Below, piece after piece: positions 39,033 to 47,874 of a stretch of 64,000 nt of DNA. The position numbers were made by a program, and so were the translations under genes. Below the pieces are notes generated by a model. The model did not search any database and was not told the origin of the DNA. It was given only the letters and a program-made list of their open reading frames with translations. The stretch comes from Anaerolineales bacterium (GTDB lineage Bacteria > Chloroflexota > Anaerolineae > Anaerolineales > E44-bin32), in assembly GCA_034430795.1 (NCBI GenBank), contig DAOUDJ010000209.1, positions 3,762 through 67,761 on the forward strand, written 5' to 3'. The stretch's first letter is position 1. Every line of letters starts with the position of its first letter.

Positions 39033-39210
39033 ACAGGCGGAAGAAATCCCATCGCCATAGATTCCTAAGAATCAGAATGAATGGAGCCGAGTCACCGAGT
39101 TTTTACGATTCGTTGTTCGTTAAATGAATCTGGGCGTTCCCAGTGGTTGATTTTTTTTAGCGAAGTGAAACCGGTCACAGGAAGTGCTTAACTATCCACC
39201 ACATCTTCTA

Positions 39211-39238
39211 ATAATACAAATTCGAATAGAAATGTCAA
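39211..39238 (-). promoter_or_regulatory. candidate sigma-70 promoter of the ABC/acyl-CoA synthetase operon
   Basis: Minus strand reads atatTTGACA-tttctattcgaatttg-TATTAT with a 16-nt spacer. It would give a leader of about 170 nt before the ATG at 39032. Confidence 0.4.
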
Positions 39239-39472
39239 ATATCGCACAGCAAAATCGAAGATGTCATGTTGAGCTGCTCCTGAACCGCTTGTCCCAATGA
39301 AATTGCAGACGGGGATCTCCCAGTGCAAACTCTAGATTTTGTGATTGCGAGCTATCCAGCGCCGCTCAGGGTAAACTGAGCTGGAGTATCTCGTTCTTCG
39401 AACGTTCGGGGGTTTTTTTGCCAGGGGCGAGATTCTTCGTCGCTCCACACCTCAGACAATGTGAAGAATCCT

Positions 39473-39523
39473 GTCATTTCGAGCATAGCGAGAAATCCCT
39501 GGGGTGTTGTTCTTGAGGACTCC
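39473..39523. repeat. dispersed repeat motif copy (both sub-motifs)
   Basis: gtcatttcgagcatagcgagaaatccctggggtgttgttcttgaggactcc combines the 4656-type and the 28646-type motifs. A related gtgattgcgagc lies at 39341. Confidence 0.75.
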
Positions 39524-39704
39524 ACATGTGGAAAAGAAAGAGCCCATCGTTCCTTAGTTTCTTAAACGATGAGTTGTGTCATCTCAGCGATTTCTTCAAT
39601 AAGCAGGCTCCCCACACCCTTCAGTCGGATGACTGAGCTGGGTGGCTATCACCTGCATAAGTTTAAATTGATGGTTTTAAATAGGAAAAAGGGTGTTCGT
39701 GATG

Positions 39705-40268
39705 TTACCCGCCTTTTTTATTGGGGAGCAGCCCCGGGAGCAGATGCACGATAACCTTCCTCCGCTCCAAGTCGACCTCGCGAATGACAGATTCGATTGC
39801 CGGAAGAAGTACTTCATCACCAGTTTCGTTGCGTACAACGAAGACGTCATTCGCGCCAGTCTCAATGATCTCTGCGATTTCACCCAGCACTTCACCGTCC
39901 TCGCAGCAAATGCGTAATCCGAGTAGCTGCCAGTGATAGTATTCCCCCTCTTGCAAAGACTCAACATCACCAGATTCCAACCGGATCTCCACATCCCGCC
40001 ACTGCTCAGCCGCGTCTCGATCCTCACAGCCTTCAATGACGAGAAGGTATCGTCCGCGATGCAAACGGATGGAGGTGACGGTCGAAGGTGTTGTTGTATC
40101 ACCAAGGAAGATCTCCGTCCCTGGACGGATAGATTGGATCAATTTAGAGAACTGCTCAACAACTAGCCCGCCTCGAATCCCGTGAGGACGAACAATACGC
40201 CCGACAACCAGAAAATTCGGTGGTTGACGGGCGCTTCCCTTCTCGGGTGGATCTGAAGGTCGAACCAT
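39705..40268 (-). CDS. rimM: 16S rRNA processing protein RimM
   Basis: 187 aa. Contains VVGRIVRPHGIRGGLVV and a PRC-barrel C-terminus. The order ffh-rpsP-KH-rimM is conserved. Confidence 0.9.
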   Translation of the reverse strand: MVRPSDPPEKGSARQPPNFLVVGRIVRPHGIRGGLVVEQFSKLIQSIRPGTEIFLGDTTTPSTVTSIRLHRGRYLLVIEGCEDRDAAEQWRDVEIRLESGDVESLQEGEYYHWQLLGLRICCEDGEVLGEIAEIIETGANDVFVVRNETGDEVLLPAIESVIREVDLERRKVIVHLLPGLLPNKKGG

Positions 40269-40274
40269 TCGCGT

Positions 40275-40502
40275 TTAAGGGATATCGAGTGTTGCGCGTA
40301 CTCCATTTCGAGCAGCAGCCACTCTCAAGAGCACGCGCATAGCGTTTGCCACTCGGCCATTGCGCCCAATCACCCTTCCCATGTCTTCCTCGGCGACAGA
40401 TAATTCCAATAGGACATCTCGTCCCCGGTTTTCCTCCGTCACCCAGACTTCTGTAGGATCGTCAACAATGGACTTCGCAATAAACTCGATTAAGGATTTC
40501 AC
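40275..40502 (-). CDS. KH-domain RNA-binding protein (YlqC/UPF0109)
   Basis: 75 aa. Contains VIGRNGRVANAMRVLL. Confidence 0.85.
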   Translation of the reverse strand: MKSLIEFIAKSIVDDPTEVWVTEENRGRDVLLELSVAEEDMGRVIGRNGRVANAMRVLLRVAAARNGVRATLDIP

Positions 40503-40559
40503 GTTGGATTAAACCCTCCATAAGTCCTGTTTGAGCGCGTTCGCGAACAGCTTCAGGAC

Positions 40560-41330
40560 TTAGGCATCCTCTTCCTTCTCGGATTCAGCTTCAGCGTTCG
40601 CTTCTTCCTCGTCTACCTCAGCCTCAGGTTCTTCTTTGGCTTCAGGCTCAGTATCAGTTTCAGTTTCCGTTTCGGCTTCAGATTCAGCAGCCTCTTCGGT
40701 CTCCTTGGCTTCTTCTTCACCATCGGCAGCTTCAGCCTCGGTTTCCTCTGCAACCTCAGGAGCTTCCTTTTCCTCCGCTGGAGCTTCTTCAGGCTCCGCT
40801 TCAGCCTCGGATGCTTCCTTTTCCTCCGCCGGAGCTTCTTCAGGCTCCGCTTCAGCCTCGGTCTCTGCTGCAGCCTCGGGTGCTTCCTCTTCCTCCGCTG
40901 GAGCTTCTTCGGCTTCAGGCGTTTCTTCTACAGCTTCTTCCGCCTCTTCCTTCTTGCGCGCCTTTGCTTTCTTCTTGCGCTTCCCGATAAGATCATCACG
41001 ACGTGTCCGCGGATCGATCTCTGGGAGAGCCTTTTCAGCTTCCTCTAACAGCTTCTCGAGCGATTCTCCTTGCTTAAAGCGTTCCCAACGCTCCCAGGTT
41101 CCAAGAGCGTTAAGTGCTTGACGGACGGCGTCGCTCGGCTGTGCTCCATGCTGTAGCCAGTGGAATAAACGCGCTTCATCCACCACTACGGTGGATGGTT
41201 CCGTGCGAGGATTATAGTGGCCGAGGATCTCCAAGAAGCGCCCATCTCGTGGGCTTTCCTTGTCCGCGGCGACGATTCGGTAGCTCGGTTGGTTACGGGC
41301 TCCCACTCGACGTAATCGAATTCGAACCAT
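40560..41330 (-). CDS. rpsP: 30S ribosomal protein S16 with ~160-aa acidic low-complexity C-terminal extension
   Basis: The N-terminal ~85 aa (MVRIRLRRVGARNQPSYRIVAADKESPRDGRFLEILGHYNP) is canonical S16. The tail is E/A/P-rich and includes a 51-bp tandem DNA repeat at 40762..40861. Confidence 0.9.
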   Translation of the reverse strand: MVRIRLRRVGARNQPSYRIVAADKESPRDGRFLEILGHYNPRTEPSTVVVDEARLFHWLQHGAQPSDAVRQALNALGTWERWERFKQGESLEKLLEEAEKALPEIDPRTRRDDLIGKRKKKAKARKKEEAEEAVEETPEAEEAPAEEEEAPEAAAETEAEAEPEEAPAEEKEASEAEAEPEEAPAEEKEAPEVAEETEAEAADGEEEAKETEEAAESEAETETETDTEPEAKEEPEAEVDEEEANAEAESEKEEDA

Positions 41331-41437
41331 TTATCGTCCCTCTCTTTTTATTTTTGCCTGTTCGTGTTTCGGGGTCGAGAGGGGGCTGCCTCGGAAGGGA
41401 GACAATTGTTAACCTTTCAACCACCAACAGGCTTTGA

Positions 41438-42772
41438 TTATAACGGCCAAGATCCCATTCTTGGAAGGCCGCGTTTCCCTATTTGCTTCATCATCTTCCG
41501 CATCTGACGATATTGACGCAGAAGCTGATTGATCTGTTGGACGCTCGTACCCGATCCCCTGGCGATGCGTCGCTTCCGGCTTGCATTCAGGATTTCCGGT
41601 TTGCGCTTTTCCATAACGGTCATCGACTGCAAGATCGCCTGCGTAAAGACCAGTTGATTTTCAGCCTCTCGGCTATCGATCTCGTTCCCAGCCACGCCGA
41701 GCGGTAAAGCCTCAAGCAATTTACTCACTGGACCCATTTGACGCATCATCGCAAGCTGTTGAGCAAAATCCTCGAGCGTGAATTCCCCCTGCAAAAGCCT
41801 TTCTGCCTGAGCTTCCACTGCTCCTTTTTCGATCGCAGCTTCAGCTTTCTCGATGATGGAAAGCACATCACCCATCCCCAGAATTCGTGAGGCAAGCCGT
41901 TCAGAATCGAACGTCTCCAGTGCATCGCGTGCTTCACCAACTCCGATTAACTTGATCGGGATGCCTGTCACCGCACGCATCGAGATCGCAGCACCACCAC
42001 GGGCATCGCCGTCCATCTTCGTCAGGATTAAACCCGTTAGGTTCACCGTTGTATTGAAACCCTGCGCGATATGGACAGCTTCCTGTCCCGTCATCGCGTC
42101 TACGATGAGCAAAGTCTCAGCAGGATCGACAACCGATTTAATCTGACGCAACTCGTCCATCATCGGCTCATCGATTTGCAGGCGCCCCGCTGTGTCGATG
42201 ATGACGACACTCGCCCCACCCTTGCGCGCCTTCTCAAAGCCCTCTGCGCAGATCTCTGCTGGGTTTCGGTCCATGCTTGTGAAGACCGGAACATCGATCT
42301 CCGCACCCAGAACTTCCAACTGTGTGGCTGCTGCGGGCCGGTATGGGTCAGCGGCGATGAGCATGGTTCGTTCACCCTGCCCTTTGAGCTTGCGAGCAAG
42401 CTTTGCGGCCGTAGTTGTCTTTCCAGACCCCTGTAACCCGACCAACAAGATGACGCGTGGTTTGGCGCCTTGGAGCAGTAAACGTTCCGGCTCACCCAGT
42501 ACAGTGACCAATTCCTGATGAATAATGCGTATTACCTGCTGCGCCGGATTTAGAGCGCGCGAGACATCTTCACCTAAAGCGCGTTCCTTAACCCGCTCCA
42601 ACAGGTCTTTAACAACTTGGTAATGTACATCTGCTTCTAAGAGCGCCAGACGGATCTCACGCAGGGCAATATCAATATCCCCCGCTTTAAGTTTGCCGTG
42701 CCGACTGAGCTCTTTAAAGACAGTTTGTAGTTTGGTCGAAAGTGACTCAAACACGTTTGCAAATCGCCCCAA
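41438..42772 (-). CDS. ffh: signal recognition particle protein Ffh
   Basis: 444 aa. Contains GLQGSGKTTT and DTAGR, plus an M domain rich in Met, Arg and Gln. The start may instead be the GTG at 42754 (VFESLSTKLQ). Confidence 0.95.
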   Translation of the reverse strand: MGRFANVFESLSTKLQTVFKELSRHGKLKAGDIDIALREIRLALLEADVHYQVVKDLLERVKERALGEDVSRALNPAQQVIRIIHQELVTVLGEPERLLLQGAKPRVILLVGLQGSGKTTTAAKLARKLKGQGERTMLIAADPYRPAAATQLEVLGAEIDVPVFTSMDRNPAEICAEGFEKARKGGASVVIIDTAGRLQIDEPMMDELRQIKSVVDPAETLLIVDAMTGQEAVHIAQGFNTTVNLTGLILTKMDGDARGGAAISMRAVTGIPIKLIGVGEARDALETFDSERLASRILGMGDVLSIIEKAEAAIEKGAVEAQAERLLQGEFTLEDFAQQLAMMRQMGPVSKLLEALPLGVAGNEIDSREAENQLVFTQAILQSMTVMEKRKPEILNASRKRRIARGSGTSVQQINQLLRQYRQMRKMMKQIGKRGLPRMGSWPL

Positions 42773-42878
42773 TACGCAATCCGCCGCTCGGTCATTTTAC
42801 GAACAGCGACCGTCCGGCGGGTCGTAAGTCGTATTCGACTCTATAACGTGAGAATTGTAGCCTGCTCTATGGCCTTGG

Positions 42879-45614
42879 TCAAGGGATACCTTCGCTGTGC
42901 ATGAGATCGAGGATATTTCGACCAATACGCTCAGCTACAATCGAATTCTGGCCCTCGATCACGACGACCACAACATAGCGGCTACCGTTTATGAAGAGCC
43001 CACCTTGATACCAGCCAAGCATCTCGCCGACCTCACCCGTAAGGGCTACTGAGCGCTGGCCAAAGGGTTGACCTGCTGCAGCACTGAGCACCTCGATGAC
43101 CCGCTTTCTAACGTTTTGATCCAACACCCTGTTGCCTGACCCCGCAGGGGGGATTTCATTCCAATCCCCTCCCTGGGGTCGGTAGGCATCCACGACTCGG
43201 AGTGCTGGTAAACCCGGGTCTGCGATCAATCCCGCAAATGCCCGGGCGAGCTGCAGAGGGCTTATTGTTAGATCCCCCTGCCCAACCGCCGCCAACCTCA
43301 ACGCTCCTTCACTGGCTAGGTCACCTGGACCTGACGGATCTATGGTTGGCAAGCGAACTTCCGGACGGTCAAAGAAACCAAAGGCCTCGAGCATCTGGTT
43401 GAACTCCTCAGCTCCTAACTCCATGCCGAGCGTGACGAAAGGCGCAGGACACCCATTCAAGAAGGCCTTTGTGAAGTCTGCCTTGCCATCATGGAGAAGC
43501 TTTACCAAACATTCAAGCGACTGACCGTTTACTTCGATAGAGGTTTCTAAGTTCAGAACCAAATCGCCAGGTTCAGCGATGCCCATTTGAATGCTCCATG
43601 CAAGAATATACGGGCTTATCACCATTCCGGGTTGATATCTTCCCTGTGTGACTCGGTTTAATAGTGGAGATGCAGGATCAGTCGTTATGTCTTGCCACTC
43701 TTGATCAAACCGATTTGGATCGTATGAAGGCGATGAAGCCATGGCCAGGATGTCGCCGGACTGTGCTTCCAGCAGGACAAGTCCACCTTGGTACCCACTG
43801 AGTTGATCCGCGGCAGCTTTCTGCAAGTGGTGGTCTAGTGTCAACCGAAGATCGCTGCCGGGTGGAGGATGTCCACTCGTGAGCTGTGACCACCCTATCG
43901 AAATCGGATTATCACCCTCGCTTCCCCTCAGAAGCCCATCCATGACGCTTTCCAAGCCGGATAAACCATACGTAAAGGAGTTATATCCTATGACCGTCGC
44001 GCTTTCAGGGTGTGGATAAAACCGTTGATATGAACCCGGATTGCCCGTTGATTTAGCAAGTAGCTCCCCGGCTTCATCCATGATTAACCCTCGTTTCGTA
44101 TACAGATCTTCCACCGCCCTTCGAGGGTTGTCAGTCCTGCTAAAAAGAATAGGCGCTCGATAAACCGTCCACCAACCTAAAGTTACTGCCAGCGCTCCCC
44201 ATGCGATGAGACTTCCATAGTGCAGCGCCGCAAGTGGGCGTGTGAAGATTTCATTCCACTCGGTTTTCCCTGAGAGCAGAAGCAGAATGCCCAGAAGGAT
44301 GAAGCTCGTGACAAGCGATGATCCGCCGTAGGATACAAACGGCAATGTCACCCCAACCAGCGGAAGCAGACGGATATTCCCACCAATAATCAGCACTGCT
44401 TGCAGCCCTAGCGAGATGCTGATGCCTGCGGAGAGCAAGGCAGAGAAAGGATCCCGCGAATGAAAAGCGACGCGTAATCCCCTGCTAACAAGAACGGCAA
44501 AAAGGGCGATGACGGCTAATCCTCCAAGTAAACCGAACTCCTCAGTAATTGCAGTGAAGATGAAATCGGTATGAACCGCGGGAACAAATCCTGGTGAACC
44601 CAAGCCAAACCCGCGCCCGACTACTCCGCCGGAGGCTAAAGCGATGAGAGACTGAACCAGCTGATACGACCCTCCGATCGAATCCGGCCACGGGTTAATC
44701 CATGCCGTAATCCGCTGACCAACGACATCGAAAAGGAAATAACCCATTGTGCCAGCCAGCATCCCAAAAATCGAAGCAAAGACGAGGATTACCCATCGTC
44801 CTGTCGCTACATAAAGTAGAAGGGCAAGGAGCGCCAGGAAGAGCATTCCCATCCCCAAATCCCGCTGAACGAGCAATAGAGCTACCGAGAGCGACCAGAT
44901 GACAATCAATGGAAGCAGTGTGGAAAACGAGGGGAGTCCCTCCTCTCGATGGAATGTGAAACGCAGTTTGTCACTCAGAAAGGACGCAAGAAAGGCAACT
45001 AATAGCAACCGGAGAGGTTCAGATGGCTGGAGATAAACCCCACAGCATCCGAGCCAGAGTCTGGGCTCACCTCCCGTAGGATGGGTGCCGAAAACCAATG
45101 TCAATATCATCAGCACCAAACCCACGGTCATCCACACATACCGGTAGCGCCGCAGCCAAGATAGATTCCGATCCCCATGAAGAACCGCATAGAGGACGGT
45201 GATACCAACGATGAACCAAGCCGTCTGCCGAAACCCGAAGCTTGGAAATAGGCGCCAAATAACCAGCAAACCCCAGCCAGTGAGCAGAAAAGCTGTTGGC
45301 AGCAAGATGGGATCGCGCTCGGGATTCGTGCGATGGAGCGCCTGGCGAGTGAGCCAAAAACCAAAAACCCAAACAGGAAGAACGAGAAAGTGCCCCCAGC
45401 GATCTCCAAAAGCTGACCATTGGTTTAGGCGTGCTGCAGATGCGAAAGACAATGCAAAGGCAGTGAAGAGCAAAAAGAGGAACGCGAGGCTTCCCAGAAA
45501 TAGCTCGCGCTCCTCGCTGGTTCGTTCTTGATCAACGAAGATATCGATCCACAAGGAGAGAGTACCTCCTACGCGCCGCTTCTGAGATGAGGTCAGGTTT
45601 AGTAGCAATTGCAT
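42879..45614 (-). CDS. fusion of SEDS glycosyltransferase (RodA/FtsW family) with a class-B penicillin-binding-protein-like domain
   Basis: 911 aa. The N-terminal ~470 aa is polytopic, with SEDS motifs (QLVQSLIALASGGVVGRGFGLG, PAVHTDFIFTAITEEFG). The C-terminal ~430 aa carries PBP2/PbpA framework motifs (KRGLIMDEAGELLA, GLSGLESVMDGLL, ILAMASSPSYDPNRF, VGQGDLTISPLQLA). The start is uncertain. The ATG at 45614 overlaps mtnP by 83 nt. An alternative TTG at 45554 follows a GGAGG. Confidence 0.85.
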   Translation of the reverse strand: MQLLLNLTSSQKRRVGGTLSLWIDIFVDQERTSEERELFLGSLAFLFLLFTAFALSFASAARLNQWSAFGDRWGHFLVLPVWVFGFWLTRQALHRTNPERDPILLPTAFLLTGWGLLVIWRLFPSFGFRQTAWFIVGITVLYAVLHGDRNLSWLRRYRYVWMTVGLVLMILTLVFGTHPTGGEPRLWLGCCGVYLQPSEPLRLLLVAFLASFLSDKLRFTFHREEGLPSFSTLLPLIVIWSLSVALLLVQRDLGMGMLFLALLALLLYVATGRWVILVFASIFGMLAGTMGYFLFDVVGQRITAWINPWPDSIGGSYQLVQSLIALASGGVVGRGFGLGSPGFVPAVHTDFIFTAITEEFGLLGGLAVIALFAVLVSRGLRVAFHSRDPFSALLSAGISISLGLQAVLIIGGNIRLLPLVGVTLPFVSYGGSSLVTSFILLGILLLLSGKTEWNEIFTRPLAALHYGSLIAWGALAVTLGWWTVYRAPILFSRTDNPRRAVEDLYTKRGLIMDEAGELLAKSTGNPGSYQRFYPHPESATVIGYNSFTYGLSGLESVMDGLLRGSEGDNPISIGWSQLTSGHPPPGSDLRLTLDHHLQKAAADQLSGYQGGLVLLEAQSGDILAMASSPSYDPNRFDQEWQDITTDPASPLLNRVTQGRYQPGMVISPYILAWSIQMGIAEPGDLVLNLETSIEVNGQSLECLVKLLHDGKADFTKAFLNGCPAPFVTLGMELGAEEFNQMLEAFGFFDRPEVRLPTIDPSGPGDLASEGALRLAAVGQGDLTISPLQLARAFAGLIADPGLPALRVVDAYRPQGGDWNEIPPAGSGNRVLDQNVRKRVIEVLSAAAGQPFGQRSVALTGEVGEMLGWYQGGLFINGSRYVVVVVIEGQNSIVAERIGRNILDLMHSEGIP

Positions 45615-46398
45615 CTTCTAATGCGGCGTGACATTCACAACCCACCTTTTCGGGGAGTTCTGCAACAAGGCGAGCGATTACTTCCTGGGCGAGGTTGGTA
45701 TTCTTCTTAACCGTTTGGAAGACCATCTCCACCGTGACTGGCTCCTCGGCTTGATGCCAGACGTCGTAATCTGTGACATGCGCCATTACCGCGTAGCACA
45801 TCTCAGCTTCTCTGGCGAGAAAAGCTTCAGGAGAAGTTGTCATCCCAATAATAGATATTCCCCAAGCACGGTAGATATTGGATTCTGCACGGGTCGAGAA
45901 ACGCGGTCCTTCGATCGTGATGTAGCATCCTCCACGATGGACATTCCCGCTTACTTCCTCGGTGCTGGAAGCCAAGAGCTCGGAGAGGTCTGGGCAAAAC
46001 GGGTCGGCGACACTTATATGTGTCACCAATCCGCTCTCGAAGAACGAGCGAGACCTGGAAACTGTGCGGTCGAAGATCTGGTCAGGGATGACAATCTCGC
46101 CTGGCACATAGTCCTCACGCAGCGACCCGCAGGCACTGACCGCAAGAACGCGCTTGACACCGAACATTTTCATCGCATATATATTTGCCCGGTAATTTAC
46201 GTCAGTCGGTGGATAGATATGCCCGATCCCGTGGCGTGCAAGAAAAGCGACTTTTCGACTATTTAACATACCCATAGCAATCGGTGAACTAGGTTCACCA
46301 AAGGGTGTCGAGACCTCATGCATTTCTACATCAGTCAGATCATGCATGTCGTACAAGCCCGACCCACCAATTACGCCGAGAACAGGTTTTTCGTCCAT
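45532..46398 (-). CDS. mtnP: S-methyl-5'-thioadenosine phosphorylase
   Basis: 288 aa. Contains GVIGGSGLY, FLARHG, ACGSLRE and IGMTTSPEAFLAREAEMCYA. Confidence 0.9.
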   Translation of the reverse strand: MDEKPVLGVIGGSGLYDMHDLTDVEMHEVSTPFGEPSSPIAMGMLNSRKVAFLARHGIGHIYPPTDVNYRANIYAMKMFGVKRVLAVSACGSLREDYVPGEIVIPDQIFDRTVSRSRSFFESGLVTHISVADPFCPDLSELLASSTEEVSGNVHRGGCYITIEGPRFSTRAESNIYRAWGISIIGMTTSPEAFLAREAEMCYAVMAHVTDYDVWHQAEEPVTVEMVFQTVKKNTNLAQEVIARLVAELPEKVGCECHAALEDAIATKPDLISEAARRRYSLLVDRYLR

Positions 46399-46545
46399 AA
46401 TCTCTCTCTTATTTCTTGCTATCTTAACCTAGGCTCGAGTTCGTAATTTCCACTTTCAGACAACGGTTGCCCTGCCGCTTATGTGGCTATACGAATATTC
46501 TTGTATCACGAAATTGGCGTTCACCACGCATAGATGTTCGTTCGA

Positions 46546-46986
46546 TTATTCCAAGTCATCTTCAACAACGGGTGCTTCCATTCGGAATTCAACTCGACCG
46601 AAGGAAATCTGGTCGCCATAGGTGACGACCAACGGTCCTTCGAGCGGTATTCCATTGACTGCCGTTCCGTTCCGCGAGCCTGAATCCTCCAACCACCACT
46701 GCCCATCCTGAAAGGATAACCGCGCATGATGCGCGGAAGCCATATCATCCTCAAGCACCAATGTATTATCGGCTGCTCGACCAATTCTATTATTTGCAAT
46801 GAGAGAGTGTCTCACCTCAACATCCGACCCATCAGCTAAGACAAGAACTGCGGGAGGGCTATGTACTTCTGATGCTCGATGGGATTGTATCTCCTTCCCA
46901 AGAAAAAGAAGGAGCATGCCCAGAAAAGCGTAGAGGATCAGGCCCATGACAACCCTGATCATAAGAAGTACTAATCCTGGAGTCAT
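46546..46986 (-). CDS. membrane-anchored FHA-domain protein (FhaB/FipA-like)
   Basis: 146 aa. N-terminal TM helix (LVLLMIRVVMGLILYAFLGMLLLFL) followed by an FHA core (IGRAADNTLVLEDDMASAHHARLSF..WWLEDSGSRNGTAVNG). The start overlaps the upstream stop. Confidence 0.8.
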   Translation of the reverse strand: MTPGLVLLMIRVVMGLILYAFLGMLLLFLGKEIQSHRASEVHSPPAVLVLADGSDVEVRHSLIANNRIGRAADNTLVLEDDMASAHHARLSFQDGQWWLEDSGSRNGTAVNGIPLEGPLVVTYGDQISFGRVEFRMEAPVVEDDLE

Positions 46987-47849
46987 TCCTGAGGTTTTTT
47001 CTTCTTGGGGATCACTCGGGTTCGTTGGTCACCGGAAGGGCGCGGGGGGAATGGAGGCGAATAAGCTGGCGTTTCATCGGGTGGTCCTCCAGGGTCCTCT
47101 CCGTATACAAGCCGGTTTCCCGCCAGGTTGATTACATCTCCCGATTGTAGGACATGATGCTTAATTGCCCGCCCATTGATCACAGTGCCAGCGGAGGATC
47201 CTAGATCAAATGCTTCAAACCGCCCTTCTCTTGCTCGAATTTGAGAATGAGTCCTCGATATTCGTGGGTCATCGATGATAAGTTGATTATCCAGACGGCG
47301 GCCGATGTTCACGACGGGTCGATCCAAGGGAAAATGGCGATCCCCATTTACAATCAAATACGCACCCTTGGGAAGTACACCCGGATTGGTCTTGGGTTCA
47401 GTCTGCATAGCCTGTGTGAACTCCAGCGGGCTAGTGCTGTGCCATGCGACAACCCTCACCTCTTTCGGCCTTAATGTAGGATCGACTGCGATTGTCACAA
47501 TCGGTTTTCGAAAGACCAGATAATCACAGTCCCGTGCAACTTGAAGAAGCCCTTGCGAGAAGCTATCCTGCAGGTGTGGCGCTTGATCTAGAATCGCCTG
47601 CGCATCATCGGGATTCAGCGTGAGCGCGTATTGATCAGGGACGAAGGGTTTGCCATCTTCCGTCCTGCGGATACCCTCATCCATCGCGCGCGAGAGTTGG
47701 GCAGCGACCAGCGCAGGCGAAAACTGAACCCCGATCAATTTACCCAGGGCTCCCTCGACGAATCTCTCAATTTGTGACTCGATGTGGTCGATTGGATTAG
47801 CCACGCTTGCTGTGTCTCTTAACCGTAAAAATAGCCATTCTGCGTGCAA
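46983..47849 (-). CDS. FhaA-like protein (DUF3662-like N-domain + C-terminal FHA), paralog 2
   Basis: 288 aa. FHA core IGRRLDNQLIIDDPRISRTHSQI..FDLGSSAGTVINGR and a Pro-rich tail. An alternative GTG start lies at 47804. Confidence 0.8.
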   Translation of the reverse strand: MHAEWLFLRLRDTASVANPIDHIESQIERFVEGALGKLIGVQFSPALVAAQLSRAMDEGIRRTEDGKPFVPDQYALTLNPDDAQAILDQAPHLQDSFSQGLLQVARDCDYLVFRKPIVTIAVDPTLRPKEVRVVAWHSTSPLEFTQAMQTEPKTNPGVLPKGAYLIVNGDRHFPLDRPVVNIGRRLDNQLIIDDPRISRTHSQIRAREGRFEAFDLGSSAGTVINGRAIKHHVLQSGDVINLAGNRLVYGEDPGGPPDETPAYSPPFPPRPSGDQRTRVIPKKKKPQE

Positions 47850-47874
47850 TCATAGCACATATATTAGATGTGAT

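Noticed and set aside
40636-41121. 161-aa Ser/Ala-rich ORF on the plus strand
   Set aside because: It is the antisense reading of the GAA/GCT-rich acidic tail of rpsP, so it is a low-complexity artefact.
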